A stretch of 64,000 bases of DNA from the UHGV virus genome UHGV-0034108, one strand, 5' to 3'. Shown here one piece after another: positions 1-10,931 of this stretch; position 1 is the first letter of the stretch, and each line of letters starts with the position of its first letter. This DNA is from a virus. Both the position numbers and the translations under genes were made by a program. The notes under the pieces were generated by a model. The model was not told the DNA's origin, searched no databases, and was given only the letters and a program-made list of their open reading frames with translations.

Positions 1-1129
1 GGAATACTTCGACATCCATCAGGATAACGGAAGGAACGGTGTCAGATATGGCAAGGGAAGAATGTCACGAATATTCACACGAATATTCAATGGCAGTCTT
101 TTGTATGCCGGTCTTGCTATGGGCGAGGATTATCTGTCAGCAGTAACATCCCTTGCCGCAGCCAAAAACTTCAAAGTTAAGGATTCGTCCGGAAAGGTTC
201 GCAATCTCTGGGATGCCTACGAAGTAAGGTATAGAGATGCTGCAAATAAAACAGGGGCATATCTTGCATTGAAAAACGGATATACAAAAGCAGACGGCTC
301 TCCTATCACGGCGGCTGATGAGGCGGCTTTCTCTAAGAAAGTGGTAGGACTGAACTTTGAGCTTCAGGGAATCTATAACCTCGATGACCGTAGTGCTGTT
401 CAGCAGTATGCATTCGGGGCACTTATCATCATGTATCGTAAGTGGATTGCTCCGGCAATCAAGAGGCGTTATGGGGCAACGCAGTTTAACATGCTAAAGG
501 ATTCTTACGAGGAAGGATATTACAGAACGTGGTTAAGGACTATTTGGGACTCTCTCGTGGATGCTAAGGATGCTGTTACTGAAGAGGACGGAGCGAAAGC
601 TTTGCTCAATATTTTTGCCGATGTGAGAGCTATGGTTTCTGCATTTAGAATAAACTATAGTAAGCTGACCGCGTATGAGAAATCAAATATGACAAGGGCA
701 TGGACTGAACTTGGAATAGTTCTTGGTCTGTTCTTGTCTACTGCTTTGTTGTTACGCTTTCCACCAGATGATCATGATAACGAGACGCTTCAGTGGCTCG
801 ACAATCTGGCATTGTCGCAACTTCTTCGCCTTCGTGCTGAACTCGGAGCGATGGCTCCAACACCGTTGCTCGTATGTGAGGCGCTGCGTATCCTCAAGTC
901 ACCATTTGCTGCTATAGGGCCTATAAAGAGTACTCTTAACATCTTCCAACTGATGCTTCCACACAATTGGTTTACTGAAATCAAGACTGGAAAATATAAG
1001 GGGCATGTTAAGGCGTATAAGTATTTCCGTGAGTTCCCGATAATCTCGATGTTCAAGAAGATTGATAACTTCATTGATCCGAGTCCACTCATTCAATACT
1101 ATCGAAATGAAAGCACATTTGGTTGGTAA
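1..1129 (+). CDS. C-terminal part of a large virion structural protein (reading frame open at window start)
   Basis: Frame of ORF 62..1129 has no stop back to nt 2; 355+ aa; followed by strong intrinsic terminator. Confidence 0.5.
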   Translation, partial: EYFDIHQDNGRNGVRYGKGRMSRIFTRIFNGSLLYAGLAMGEDYLSAVTSLAAAKNFKVKDSSGKVRNLWDAYEVRYRDAANKTGAYLALKNGYTKADGSPITAADEAAFSKKVVGLNFELQGIYNLDDRSAVQQYAFGALIIMYRKWIAPAIKRRYGATQFNMLKDSYEEGYYRTWLRTIWDSLVDAKDAVTEEDGAKALLNIFADVRAMVSAFRINYSKLTAYEKSNMTRAWTELGIVLGLFLSTALLLRFPPDDHDNETLQWLDNLALSQLLRLRAELGAMAPTPLLVCEALRILKSPFAAIGPIKSTLNIFQLMLPHNWFTEIKTGKYKGHVKAYKYFREFPIISMFKKIDNFIDPSPLIQYYRNESTFGW

Positions 1130-1212
1130 AGTTTGTAAGTTCAAAATACTTTCGTAACTTTGTACCGTTAAAAACGAATGTTATAGTCTACTTTTTTAAA
1201 GTGATCAAAATT

Positions 1213-1242
1213 GGAGATGCCGTGAGGTGTCTCCTTTTTTTT
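1213..1242 (+). terminator. Rho-independent terminator
   Basis: GGAGAUGCC-GUGA-GGUGUCUCC (9-bp stem with 2 GU pairs, GNRA tetraloop) followed by T8. Confidence 0.7.
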
Positions 1243-1291
1243 ATTTGCATTATGAAACAAAAGTGTTACATTTGTACAAAAGAATAATGCT

Positions 1292-1483
1292 ATGAGAAGA
1301 ATTATCAATTGGTTAAATGCCAGAAGGGCACGTAGAATGCGCAAAGAAATAGCTTTGCATTGTGCGAAGGTGACTTCTTACGAGTCTATGCTTCGTATAA
1401 TGCACTTCATTGAAACAGGGGAATATCCTGTTCAGGACATGTCAACGGCAAAAGGTCGCATTGCCGGAGGCTCTACTCTTTAA
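1292..1483 (+). CDS. small basic hypothetical protein
   Basis: 63-aa ORF in 700-nt gap between structural genes; Arg-rich N-terminus. Confidence 0.3.
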   Translation: MRRIINWLNARRARRMRKEIALHCAKVTSYESMLRIMHFIETGEYPVQDMSTAKGRIAGGSTL

Positions 1484-1673
1484 GCAGGCGTTTCAGTTGT
1501 TCGTAGGAATAGTCACTCGTATAGAATTTATATCCTCCGTTGTCGGTTATCTTGTATGACATGAATACGCAGATTACACCGTCACCCTCGTCAGTGATAG
1601 CGGCTATGCTATTTACATTTACAAGAAACCGCACTCCGAATCCTGAATGTTGAAATTCGATAAACTTGCTCAT
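1473..1673 (-). CDS. hypothetical protein
   Basis: 66-aa ORF, opposite strand to neighbours; coding uncertain. Confidence 0.3.
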   Translation of the reverse strand: MSKFIEFQHSGFGVRFLVNVNSIAAITDEGDGVICVFMSYKITDNGGYKFYTSDYSYEQLKRLLKE

Positions 1674-1836
1674 ATTGCTTTTCTTTATTTTTTGATGCTA
1701 CGAAGATAAGCATTTTCTGAGGGATTCCATTTTCGGTTTCCCTCATTTTTTACTAAATCAGTTTCAAACAATAAGCGTTTCATTTACAACCGTCGGAAGA
1801 GTTGCCTTTTTATTTAGTTTTGCTGCATAAAGCATT

Positions 1837-4293
1837 TTGAATATGAACAATGAAGCAGCATTTCCGAGTCAGACATTATCCTTCAAGCAGAAGGGTGATA
1901 AGTGGCGTCGTGCTTGTGTAGATTGGGGTGCAAATAAGACATACTTTAATTACTCTCCAGTAAGACGGGATATGGTTCATATGAAAGTGAACTATGATCT
2001 CGTCAATGGTATTATTCATATGGAGGATATAGCGGCTGTGCTAAATCCGGGAAATATATCCACAGCCTTTCTTCCGAAGAAGATACAGCATTACCCTATA
2101 CTTAACTCCAAGCTTAATACCCTTAGGGGGGAAGAAGCGGCAAGAGTATTTGACTGGAGAGTGATAGTGACCAACCCGTTTTCTATATCAAAAATTGAAG
2201 AAGAGAAAAAGGCACAGTTCTTTCAGAACATACAGCAGATTGTGGAAACTCCAAATCTTGACGGGCAACAATCTGAGCAGCAGGTACAGGAGACACAGGA
2301 TTATTTCAATTACAACTGGCAGGATATACGTGAGATAAGAGCTAATGAACTCCTGCGTCATTACATTAAGGAGCAGAACTTCAAACAGATATTCAGCGAT
2401 GGCTTCATGGATGCAGCGATTAACAACATCGAAGCCTATTCATGTAGTATCGTAGGAGGTGAGCCTGTACTGACGAAACTTAATCCTCTGAAACTTCGCA
2501 TTTACAGAAGCGGATATTCAAATCACATAGAAGATGCTGATGTCATTGTGTATGAGGATTACTGGTCTCCTGGAAGAATCGTAGACACCTATTATGATGA
2601 GTTATCCGCAAAGGATATAAAGTGGTTGGCAAATGAACTTCCGGACTTCGGTGGTTCGGGTCCTGTAGGTGCAGCAGGTAATTACAATGAAGCATATCCG
2701 TTTATTCGTAAGGGTCGGTTCATTGGTGAGAATGGAATTTTCGTTGATGGAAACTCGGGGTTTGCTGAAGTGTTTGACGAACTTGCCGATATGGACGGAG
2801 GTCTTGGTTCTAATCTTCTTCCATATGATGTGGCAGGAAATGTCCGTGTTATCCATGTGTGGTGGAAGTCGTTGAGGAAAATATATAAGGTGAAGTCTTA
2901 CGATCCTCAGACAGGTGAGGAGCAGTTCGACTTCTACCCTGAGACTTATGTCGCCGATACCGATGCCGGAGAAGAAGCTACGGCTTTGTGGATAAATGAA
3001 GCTTGGGAAGGTACAAAGATCGGAGAGGATATATACGTAGGAATGCGCCCGTGCCTTGTGCAGTACAACACAATATCAAACCCCTCAAGATGCCATTTCG
3101 GTATCGTTGGGACTATATACAATGTTAATGAGGCAACACCATACTCACTCGTAGATATGATGAAGCCTTACAATTATCTATATGATGCTGTCCATGCGAA
3201 GCTTGTTGATCTTATAGCAACAAACTGGGGTAAACTGCTTGAGATGGACCTTGCATTGAAGCCGAAGAATTGGGAGGTAGAGAAATGGATGTACTTTGCA
3301 AGGGCAAATAAGGTGCTCATCAAGGATTCATTCAATGAAGGTACCAAAGGTGCGTCAACAGGAAAGCTTGCCGGAGGTCTCAACAATGCTTCGAAAGGGT
3401 ATGTAGATGCCGATTGGGGTCAGTCTATACAGAATTACATCAATCTTTTGCAATGGGTAAAGGATTCCATGTCTGACCTTGTTGGAATCAATAGGCAGAG
3501 AGAAGGAAATACATATAACCGTGAAACAGTAGGCGGAATTGAAAGAGCCGTACTTCAGTCATCGTATATCACAGACTGGATATTTCAACAGCATGACGAC
3601 ACTAAACGCCGTGTGCTTGAATGTTTCCTTGAGACTGCCAAGGGTGCATTGAGAGGGAGGAATAAGAAATTCCAGTACATCTTGTCAGACAATTCACTGA
3701 AGGTAATGGATATACCCGGTGATGAGTTCTGCGAAAGCAGTTATGGTCTTGTGGTAGATAGTTCAAACGACACTCAGAAACTTAATTCCCAACTCGACAC
3801 ACTTGCACAGGCTGCCCTTCAGAATCAGCTGATAGACTTCTCGTCTATACTCAAGTTGTACTCGTCAGCGTCCATGCAGGAAAAGATGCGTATTGTGGAC
3901 AATGCACAGAAGAGAATGCAGCAACAGCAGCAGCAGGCTCAGCAAATGCAGCAGCAGCAAGCTCAGATGCAGCAGCAGGCATTGTTACAACAGAAGCAGC
4001 TTGAACTGCAACAGCAGGATACACTCAATCAGAGAGACAATGAAACACGTATCCGTGTTGCTGAAATCAACTCTAAGGCTGAAGAACTGCGTCTTGGAAT
4101 TTATGAGGAAGATAATAATGTCCAAATAAGAAATCGTGAACTTGACTTGGAGCAGCAGAAACTTCGTGCGGAGATAGAGCAGTTCGATAAAGAACTGCAT
4201 CAGAAAGACAAGGAACTCAAGCAGAAGAAGGAGATTGAGATGAAAAAGATAGAGGCTCAGAAACAAGTTCGTAAAGCAGCGGGAGGAAAGTAA
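1837..4293 (+). CDS. large virion protein with polyQ / coiled-coil C-terminus (portal or head-tail protein candidate)
   Basis: 818-aa ORF; C-terminal 150 aa Q-rich then heptad-like charged repeats; position at start of structural block. Confidence 0.5.
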   Translation: MNMNNEAAFPSQTLSFKQKGDKWRRACVDWGANKTYFNYSPVRRDMVHMKVNYDLVNGIIHMEDIAAVLNPGNISTAFLPKKIQHYPILNSKLNTLRGEEAARVFDWRVIVTNPFSISKIEEEKKAQFFQNIQQIVETPNLDGQQSEQQVQETQDYFNYNWQDIREIRANELLRHYIKEQNFKQIFSDGFMDAAINNIEAYSCSIVGGEPVLTKLNPLKLRIYRSGYSNHIEDADVIVYEDYWSPGRIVDTYYDELSAKDIKWLANELPDFGGSGPVGAAGNYNEAYPFIRKGRFIGENGIFVDGNSGFAEVFDELADMDGGLGSNLLPYDVAGNVRVIHVWWKSLRKIYKVKSYDPQTGEEQFDFYPETYVADTDAGEEATALWINEAWEGTKIGEDIYVGMRPCLVQYNTISNPSRCHFGIVGTIYNVNEATPYSLVDMMKPYNYLYDAVHAKLVDLIATNWGKLLEMDLALKPKNWEVEKWMYFARANKVLIKDSFNEGTKGASTGKLAGGLNNASKGYVDADWGQSIQNYINLLQWVKDSMSDLVGINRQREGNTYNRETVGGIERAVLQSSYITDWIFQQHDDTKRRVLECFLETAKGALRGRNKKFQYILSDNSLKVMDIPGDEFCESSYGLVVDSSNDTQKLNSQLDTLAQAALQNQLIDFSSILKLYSSASMQEKMRIVDNAQKRMQQQQQQAQQMQQQQAQMQQQALLQQKQLELQQQDTLNQRDNETRIRVAEINSKAEELRLGIYEEDNNVQIRNRELDLEQQKLRAEIEQFDKELHQKDKELKQKKEIEMKKIEAQKQVRKAAGGK

Positions 4294-4658
4294 TGGCAAG
4301 ACATTTTTCACGTGAAGAGATAGAGGAAATCAGACGTGCGCTTGCAGCCACGTCAGCTAAAGATACAAGTTTTCCAGAGACCGATGCAGTCAGAGATGAG
4401 GATCTTGTGCCTATAGTACAGGATGGGATTAACAAAACTGTCGGCATAAAGATTATTTCCGCAGGTGTAGAGGAGAAGGTTCTTTCGCACGTGGATGAGG
4501 CAATGAAAGGTACAGTTAAGGGGATAAAAATAAGAAGTGGCTCATCTGAAACTGATGTTGTTCTTGATGCAGAAGGTAAAGCTGTTATTGGACTTGGCAA
4601 AGCACTCAGCTATGATGGAAAAGACATTAATGTGATTTGGGAAAACTACGAAAAATAA
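4293..4658 (+). CDS. hypothetical protein
   Basis: 121-aa ORF, ATG overlaps upstream stop (TAATGG). Confidence 0.5.
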   Translation: MARHFSREEIEEIRRALAATSAKDTSFPETDAVRDEDLVPIVQDGINKTVGIKIISAGVEEKVLSHVDEAMKGTVKGIKIRSGSSETDVVLDAEGKAVIGLGKALSYDGKDINVIWENYEK

Positions 4659-4679
4659 CATCCATAAACATTTAAATAT

Positions 4680-5882
4680 ATGGCAGAAACAAAACTCAAT
4701 TTCAAAAAGGTAGCGTCCTATCCAACGTCAGGTGTGACTGCTGGAGACGTTATCTTCTGCACAGGAGACCACACGATTTATGTGGCAACTGGTGCAACAA
4801 CAAAGGAGGCGTTCTATGGTGGACGCATCAAGGATATCAAAGTAGTTGAGAATGGCGTTCACGACAATCTCGTTATTTCGTATCTTGATGGCACGGCAGA
4901 CCTCACTATCGACTTCAGCGACATCAACAACACTCTTGCTGAACTGGATCAAAAAATCAGTCAACTTGAAGCTAAGGCTCCAGTTGCTGGAAAGGATATT
5001 GATATCACAGGAGCAAACAATGCAATAGATGTTGCCCTTGATGAAGCAATTACCGTAATGGGAGTTTCAGTTGGCACTCTTGCTAATGGGTCAACACTTA
5101 CTAAAGGTATGAGCCTTTCTGAAATTCTGAAGAAGATTCTAATCAAAGAGATTGATGCAAAGGTTGGTGCACTACCATCAACAAAACTTAATGTATCAGG
5201 CGTGGCATCAGGTGGCACTTATGAGGTGGGAACATCTCTTACTGCAACACTGTCACATACATATACCGATGGTAAGTTTGTTGGTGCAGATTCATTGTAT
5301 CAGTACAATCTGGCTGCTGGTTGTGCCGAAGGTATAACTACGTATAACTTTGATACAACAAACGTAACTTCACCACATACATTTGTTGTTACAGAAGGTG
5401 GTCATACAATGAATTGTAAAACAGCTTATGGTGCAAGTACAGCAAAACCAAAGAAGAATAATGGAACAGCATCATCTGTAAGTATTCCTGCTGGAACTGC
5501 TACTTCTGCAACATTTAGCTTTACAGGTAAGTTCTATGGATATGTGGGTTATTCTACAAAGACAGCAGGTTCTCAGTTTGATTCAGCATCTATCAAGAAG
5601 CTTGCAGCAGCAAAGCAGTATCTTACTGTTAATGGCAGCACCACGCTTCTCTCTGGTGGAGCTACTTCAGACGGAACATCAATAGTCATTGCAGTACCAG
5701 CAACGTACAAACTTTCAGGAATACAGAACTCTCTTGGAGTTTCAATTCTTGAGAACTTTAATGCACCAGTGAATGTGAACTACACCAACGGAGAAACAAC
5801 TACTGCATACAAAGTATATGTTTATCCTATCACATCAGGTGCAAAGGTGGCATACAAGAACGTGGTAATTACAAAAGCTTAA
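4680..5882 (+). CDS. tail fibre-like protein (shares N-terminal domain with 7610..10885)
   Basis: N-terminus KLNFKKVASYPTSG..GDVIFCTGDHTIYV resembles LKFNKVKTLPTSG..GDVFFVSSEKKIYI of the large fibre; Ser/Thr/Gly-rich body. Confidence 0.55.
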   Translation: MAETKLNFKKVASYPTSGVTAGDVIFCTGDHTIYVATGATTKEAFYGGRIKDIKVVENGVHDNLVISYLDGTADLTIDFSDINNTLAELDQKISQLEAKAPVAGKDIDITGANNAIDVALDEAITVMGVSVGTLANGSTLTKGMSLSEILKKILIKEIDAKVGALPSTKLNVSGVASGGTYEVGTSLTATLSHTYTDGKFVGADSLYQYNLAAGCAEGITTYNFDTTNVTSPHTFVVTEGGHTMNCKTAYGASTAKPKKNNGTASSVSIPAGTATSATFSFTGKFYGYVGYSTKTAGSQFDSASIKKLAAAKQYLTVNGSTTLLSGGATSDGTSIVIAVPATYKLSGIQNSLGVSILENFNAPVNVNYTNGETTTAYKVYVYPITSGAKVAYKNVVITKA

Positions 5883-5898
5883 TTAGGAGGACTGAATT

Positions 5899-7551
5899 AT
5901 GGCAGAATATAAGACAGACAAACAGGTAAACTATGGATTCGGTCTTTCCTTTGAAGCAACTGGAAAGGCTCCAGTAGTTGCAAAGAGAATTTGGGAGACA
6001 CTTGCCGACGCACAGGCTTATGTAGACAGTGCTACTGATACGGCTATTGCGGGTCTCCAGCTTACGGTAATCAATGATACCGATGCTTCAAAGAACGGTG
6101 TTTATTTCGTAAAGGAAGCAGCAGGTGAGAATGGCAAGACAGTAGGTGTTCTTGTTAAGTTGGCACAGGGTGCTGATACTTCAAACCTTCAGACTCAGGT
6201 AACTGCAAATAAGCAGGCTATTGATAAGCTCAACGGTGCAGAATCAGCAACAGGTTCAGTAAAGAATACTGCAAAGAGTTATGCTGATGCGGCATTGGCA
6301 GCAGTTCCTATAAATGGTATTGCAGAAGATGATAAAATCCTTACTCTTGCTAACAAAAAACTGAAGTCTGACATAACAATGTCTTACGACAGTACCGATA
6401 AGAAGATATATCTGTATGGTCAAGATAAAACTAAAGCAAAGGCACTATCAAGTATTGATTGTACATCATTTGTTAAGGATGGTATGCTTGAGGGGTCTGC
6501 ACTCTATAAAGCTACCACTGCAACAGGTACAGTAACAATCAATGGGAAACCATATTCACTTTCAGGTCTCACTGCTAATCATACATACATAGTTCTTGTA
6601 TGGAATACTGATTCAGACAAAAGTGCAATGTCTATTGATGTCACCACTTTGATTGATGTATATACGGCAGGTGAGGGACTTACATTGACTAACAATCAGT
6701 TCTCTGTTGACAAGACCAAGGTTGCACAGAAAGCTGATTTTGATAAGCTTAAGGCTGCCCTTATTGACAATGCTTCTATTAACGGAAATGATATTGCAAC
6801 TGAAGATAGTCAGACTGGTGAGATAACTGGTAATACGATTACACTTGATAGTTCAAATGTAAAAATTGCGACTGGTTATAATAAATACGGCTCTCTTGCG
6901 GATGTTGCTGCTGGTAACTCTATTGGTATGGCTATCGCAAAGCTTGAGTTTAAAGCCGATAAAGCACTTACCGATGCAGCCGCAGCAGCAAAAGCAGGTG
7001 TTACTACAGTAGGCGGTCAACCAGGTGATATTATACTTGATGGTACAGGTGCGGGTAGTTACCCTGTAAAACTCTCAATGAGTGGGAAGCAGATTAAAGC
7101 TACCATTGATAATCTTGGCACAGCAGCAAAACATGCAGAGGGCGATTTTGCTACTAAAGCACAGGGTGATAAAGCTGATAATTCTGTACAATATGAAGAT
7201 AATGGTAAAGATGTAAAAATAGCTGATGGTCGTATTACTACTAAAGAAGGTATATTTACATCAGATACAGATGCTAATAATGGAACTAAATATACATTAG
7301 GCATTCAGCCATCTTCTTTAGCTACCATCCAGATGGTTGGAGCTGATTCTAATGGTGCATACAACACAGGTATATCAATAAGACCTACTGGTGTTATAAC
7401 ATTTCAGCAAACTGATGTTGCTAACCCATCAACAATAAATCCTGTAACACTAACTGGAATTGCAACACCAACTAATAGCAATGATGCTACAAATAAAGAG
7501 TATGTAGACTCAAAAGTTTCAGCCGCAATGACTTGGGCAACCTTTGAATAA
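5899..7551 (+). CDS. tail fibre protein
   Basis: 550 aa, Thr/Ala/Gly-rich; C-terminal GIATPTNSNDATNKEYVDSKV motif shared with next gene; SD AGGAGG 8 nt upstream. Confidence 0.6.
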   Translation: MAEYKTDKQVNYGFGLSFEATGKAPVVAKRIWETLADAQAYVDSATDTAIAGLQLTVINDTDASKNGVYFVKEAAGENGKTVGVLVKLAQGADTSNLQTQVTANKQAIDKLNGAESATGSVKNTAKSYADAALAAVPINGIAEDDKILTLANKKLKSDITMSYDSTDKKIYLYGQDKTKAKALSSIDCTSFVKDGMLEGSALYKATTATGTVTINGKPYSLSGLTANHTYIVLVWNTDSDKSAMSIDVTTLIDVYTAGEGLTLTNNQFSVDKTKVAQKADFDKLKAALIDNASINGNDIATEDSQTGEITGNTITLDSSNVKIATGYNKYGSLADVAAGNSIGMAIAKLEFKADKALTDAAAAAKAGVTTVGGQPGDIILDGTGAGSYPVKLSMSGKQIKATIDNLGTAAKHAEGDFATKAQGDKADNSVQYEDNGKDVKIADGRITTKEGIFTSDTDANNGTKYTLGIQPSSLATIQMVGADSNGAYNTGISIRPTGVITFQQTDVANPSTINPVTLTGIATPTNSNDATNKEYVDSKVSAAMTWATFE

Positions 7552-7609
7552 TTCTTTTCGGTTCAGCGAGGGTGATACCTTGCTGAACTGCCAATTAAAA
7601 CAAAACGAT

Positions 7610-10600
7610 ATGACTGCTTTGAAATTTAATAAAGTAAAGACTTTGCCAACATCTGGATATAATGTAGGTGATGTGTTCTTTGTATCAAGCGAGAAGAAGA
7701 TATATATAAGAACTGCATCTGGTTGGGAAAAATATGTAGGCGATATTACAACAGAAGACATTGTAGATGGTGCGGTGACTGAAGCAAAGATAGCTGATGG
7801 TTCTATAACAGGAGATAAGTTCAGTCCAGGTTTAACGTTGTATATGAACAAACAATTTAACTACCTAAAGCAGGTTCAAGTTAAATATGGTGAAGACCCA
7901 TCAGCAGAAATAAAATCCTTCGCTCAGAGAGATAATAAGACTGCTTTGTATGTAAAGTTGTCAAACGGTTTGCTTGTTCCTGCAAATACAAATGGTGAGA
8001 CTGTTTCTGGTTTATATTCTTATGGAAACACTGTTAGAAAAGTTCTTTTCGATGGAACCAATTGGAGTGATGTTGAAATACAGAATGATATTATTGATAC
8101 GGCACATATTAAGGACAGAGCTGTTACTCGTGCTAAATTAGAACTCGGGTCAGTAGGTTCCGGGCAACTTGACCAAGATAGCGTTAATTCTTATAGTATT
8201 CAGCAAGGTGCTGTCAAAAATAGTCACATATATTCTGGTGCAGTAAACTCAGAGAAACTTGCAAAAGGAGCCCGCAAACCAATCATCTTCACTCCAGATA
8301 CAACCGAAGTAGACGAAGAAACCTATCAGAAACTCTTGAGTGATGATGTGGATGTGGTATTCAAGACGTCTGAGGACAATATTTGTGTACTCACTTATAA
8401 AGTAGAAAGGGAAACTTCATACGCCCTATATTTCACTTGTTTTTCAGTAGAAGGAGAATCTGATAACGATAATGTTTACCTTTATGGGTATGAAGTGACT
8501 ATAACAAAAGATAGTCACCATACTTGCAACGTAATTGAAAATTTCAGTAATGATTTTTCGTCTTTTTTAACTCAAACAGGCTTCCTCCACAAAAACACTC
8601 TTTCCCGAATCCTCAAAGAAATCGACCTCACAGGCACCGACGAGGCAGAGAGGAAGGCAAAACTCGACCAATTTGAAACGGATTGGAAGGCATTGACAGG
8701 TGCAAGTGACTTGACAGGGGCGAGGTTTGTGGGGAAAGTAACAATATCGGGTGTTGGAAAATCTTGTTTATTCACTCACCAAACTGTTGGTGTATATGAC
8801 TACATTGGTTTTGTATATTCTATAGATTCAGCTGACCGTATAAATATATTAAAAGTTGGTTTGGAGGTCGATTCAGAGAATGTATATGTGAATTATGAAA
8901 AAGTTGTAGATTACTCTCATCTCGAAGCAATAACTATCAAAGCAGGCAATACCACCACGGATAAGGCTGATAATATTGCTGCAATACGGGCTTATGTGAA
9001 TAATCTGAAGGCTTTGGGTGTTGATACGACAAAGGGGTATATGATACCTGTAAAATTAGATTCGGGAAGTTTAGACGGCTTTGTATCTTATCATTCTGAC
9101 ACTGCTGATTACCCTTGGAGTGGTTTACTTATTCGTCCAGGAGGTACAGGTAAATTTATGGGAATAAACAAAGATGGACTTGTAGTATTAATTCCGGATA
9201 TATTGACTAGGGGTGAACAAATCGACCTCACCACCACTTCCAAACTGATAGTCGGTGCTATAAACGAAGTGAATAGTTTAGCTGGTACAGCAAAATCAAC
9301 TGCGGACACTGCTAATAGCAATGCTACTTCAGCAAAGACAGCAGTAGATGGGTTGGCAGAAAATGTCAGTACATCAAAAATAACATTTGCCGCGCCGTGG
9401 GGGGATAGTGTGGTTGAGGTGGATAAAACAAACAATAACGGTATTAATCTTTCTTATTCGGGAACACTTGCGTTACCTGTACACGGTATAGCCACACCAC
9501 ATAACGATAATGATGCTGTCAATAAGAAGTATGTTGATGACAATCTGCCAAATATGGAAATGTACGCAAAAATCGGCACAACTAATGGCGGTATTAATGG
9601 TATAGGATTTACAACACTTTTTATCGGGGAATATGGTAATTATGCATATTTGGAAAAATCGGAAATTATAGAAGACCCGAATGAGCCAACGGGCGAATCT
9701 ATTACTGGGATACAAATGAGAGGTGCCGGTTGGCAGAAGAGGAGATTTACCGGAATTACTCATACTATAAATGACACCGATGCTGCTAATAAATCTTATG
9801 TAGACACCAAGGTAGCGACAAAACAAGACAAACTCATCTCTGGAACTAACATAAAGACAGTTAATTATCAATCGTTGCTGGGAAGTGGAAATATTACTGT
9901 TGGAAGTGATGTTTCATCGAATGGCGATAATACATTTACTGGAAACAATATATTCGAAACATATGCAGAATTTAAACAGGGCATGTTTGTGCATAACGAA
10001 AATTTAAATCAGTCATACTATTTAGCTATAAATACGGACGGTAAATTTTGGATTAGCAATACAGATGATGCCGATGTTGAGGTAACTGGAGTAGATACTC
10101 CAACACAAGATAACGCAGCTGCCAACAAGAAGTACGTTGATGATAAAGTAGCTGCTGCTGGTGGTGGCTCTGCACCTGTACTTATAGACATTGATGAAAT
10201 AACAGGAAGTGCTGGAGATACAATATCGGTTGATATATTTAATACAATGGCAAATGCTGCAAATGCAAAAACACCTGTATTTGGGTATTATAAACTTGTT
10301 GAAAGCACAAGAAGTACTTATGAAATTATTCCGTTATCTATTAAGCTTATTTCAAACACAAGTTCAATTGGGACTTTAGCAGCACAATATATAAGAAACA
10401 GTGCCTACAATAGTGTTGTACTTAGAAAGCTTTCTGATACAGAGTGCAATATTTTAACTGCTGTATCGCGTACATTTGCGCTTGACACCTCAGTAGATAA
10501 ATCAAGCACAAGAGGTATTCAATCAAGTGCAGTATGGAAGGAGATTCATTCAGAACCAATAACATTTAACACAGCAACTTCTGGAGTTACAACATTGTCA

Positions 10601-10885
10601 TCAACAAGTAAACACAAGATTCTGTGTTATGCAGATTCTGGAACACAGCAATATAATCTTCCTACCTCTCCTGTTGACGGTGAGACTTTCATGTTCCTAA
10701 AGGTAAAAAGTGGTCATACAATTATAATACAGAGCGGTACTGGTAATGCTAATGTTTATGATTGTTCATCAGGAAACTCTGTTATATCAAAGACGGTAGC
10801 ATCATCAACAAGAAGGAAGATTACTGTAACATATTCAAGCAGTGCAGCTAAATGGTTCTTGATGGCTGATGATTTCCTCAGTTAA
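7610..10885 (+). CDS. large tail fibre / receptor-binding protein with internal repeats
   Basis: ORF 7544..10885; likely start at Met23 (7610) by homology to 4680 N-terminus; three copies of G(I/V)xTPxxDNDAxNKKYVDDK motif. Confidence 0.65.
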   Translation: MTALKFNKVKTLPTSGYNVGDVFFVSSEKKIYIRTASGWEKYVGDITTEDIVDGAVTEAKIADGSITGDKFSPGLTLYMNKQFNYLKQVQVKYGEDPSAEIKSFAQRDNKTALYVKLSNGLLVPANTNGETVSGLYSYGNTVRKVLFDGTNWSDVEIQNDIIDTAHIKDRAVTRAKLELGSVGSGQLDQDSVNSYSIQQGAVKNSHIYSGAVNSEKLAKGARKPIIFTPDTTEVDEETYQKLLSDDVDVVFKTSEDNICVLTYKVERETSYALYFTCFSVEGESDNDNVYLYGYEVTITKDSHHTCNVIENFSNDFSSFLTQTGFLHKNTLSRILKEIDLTGTDEAERKAKLDQFETDWKALTGASDLTGARFVGKVTISGVGKSCLFTHQTVGVYDYIGFVYSIDSADRINILKVGLEVDSENVYVNYEKVVDYSHLEAITIKAGNTTTDKADNIAAIRAYVNNLKALGVDTTKGYMIPVKLDSGSLDGFVSYHSDTADYPWSGLLIRPGGTGKFMGINKDGLVVLIPDILTRGEQIDLTTTSKLIVGAINEVNSLAGTAKSTADTANSNATSAKTAVDGLAENVSTSKITFAAPWGDSVVEVDKTNNNGINLSYSGTLALPVHGIATPHNDNDAVNKKYVDDNLPNMEMYAKIGTTNGGINGIGFTTLFIGEYGNYAYLEKSEIIEDPNEPTGESITGIQMRGAGWQKRRFTGITHTINDTDAANKSYVDTKVATKQDKLISGTNIKTVNYQSLLGSGNITVGSDVSSNGDNTFTGNNIFETYAEFKQGMFVHNENLNQSYYLAINTDGKFWISNTDDADVEVTGVDTPTQDNAAANKKYVDDKVAAAGGGSAPVLIDIDEITGSAGDTISVDIFNTMANAANAKTPVFGYYKLVESTRSTYEIIPLSIKLISNTSSIGTLAAQYIRNSAYNSVVLRKLSDTECNILTAVSRTFALDTSVDKSSTRGIQSSAVWKEIHSEPITFNTATSGVTTLSSTSKHKILCYADSGTQQYNLPTSPVDGETFMFLKVKSGHTIIIQSGTGNANVYDCSSGNSVISKTVASSTRRKITVTYSSSAAKWFLMADDFLS

Positions 10886-10931
10886 ATGGAAGTATAATAT
10901 AATGTGTATCAAATAAATAAAACAATATATT

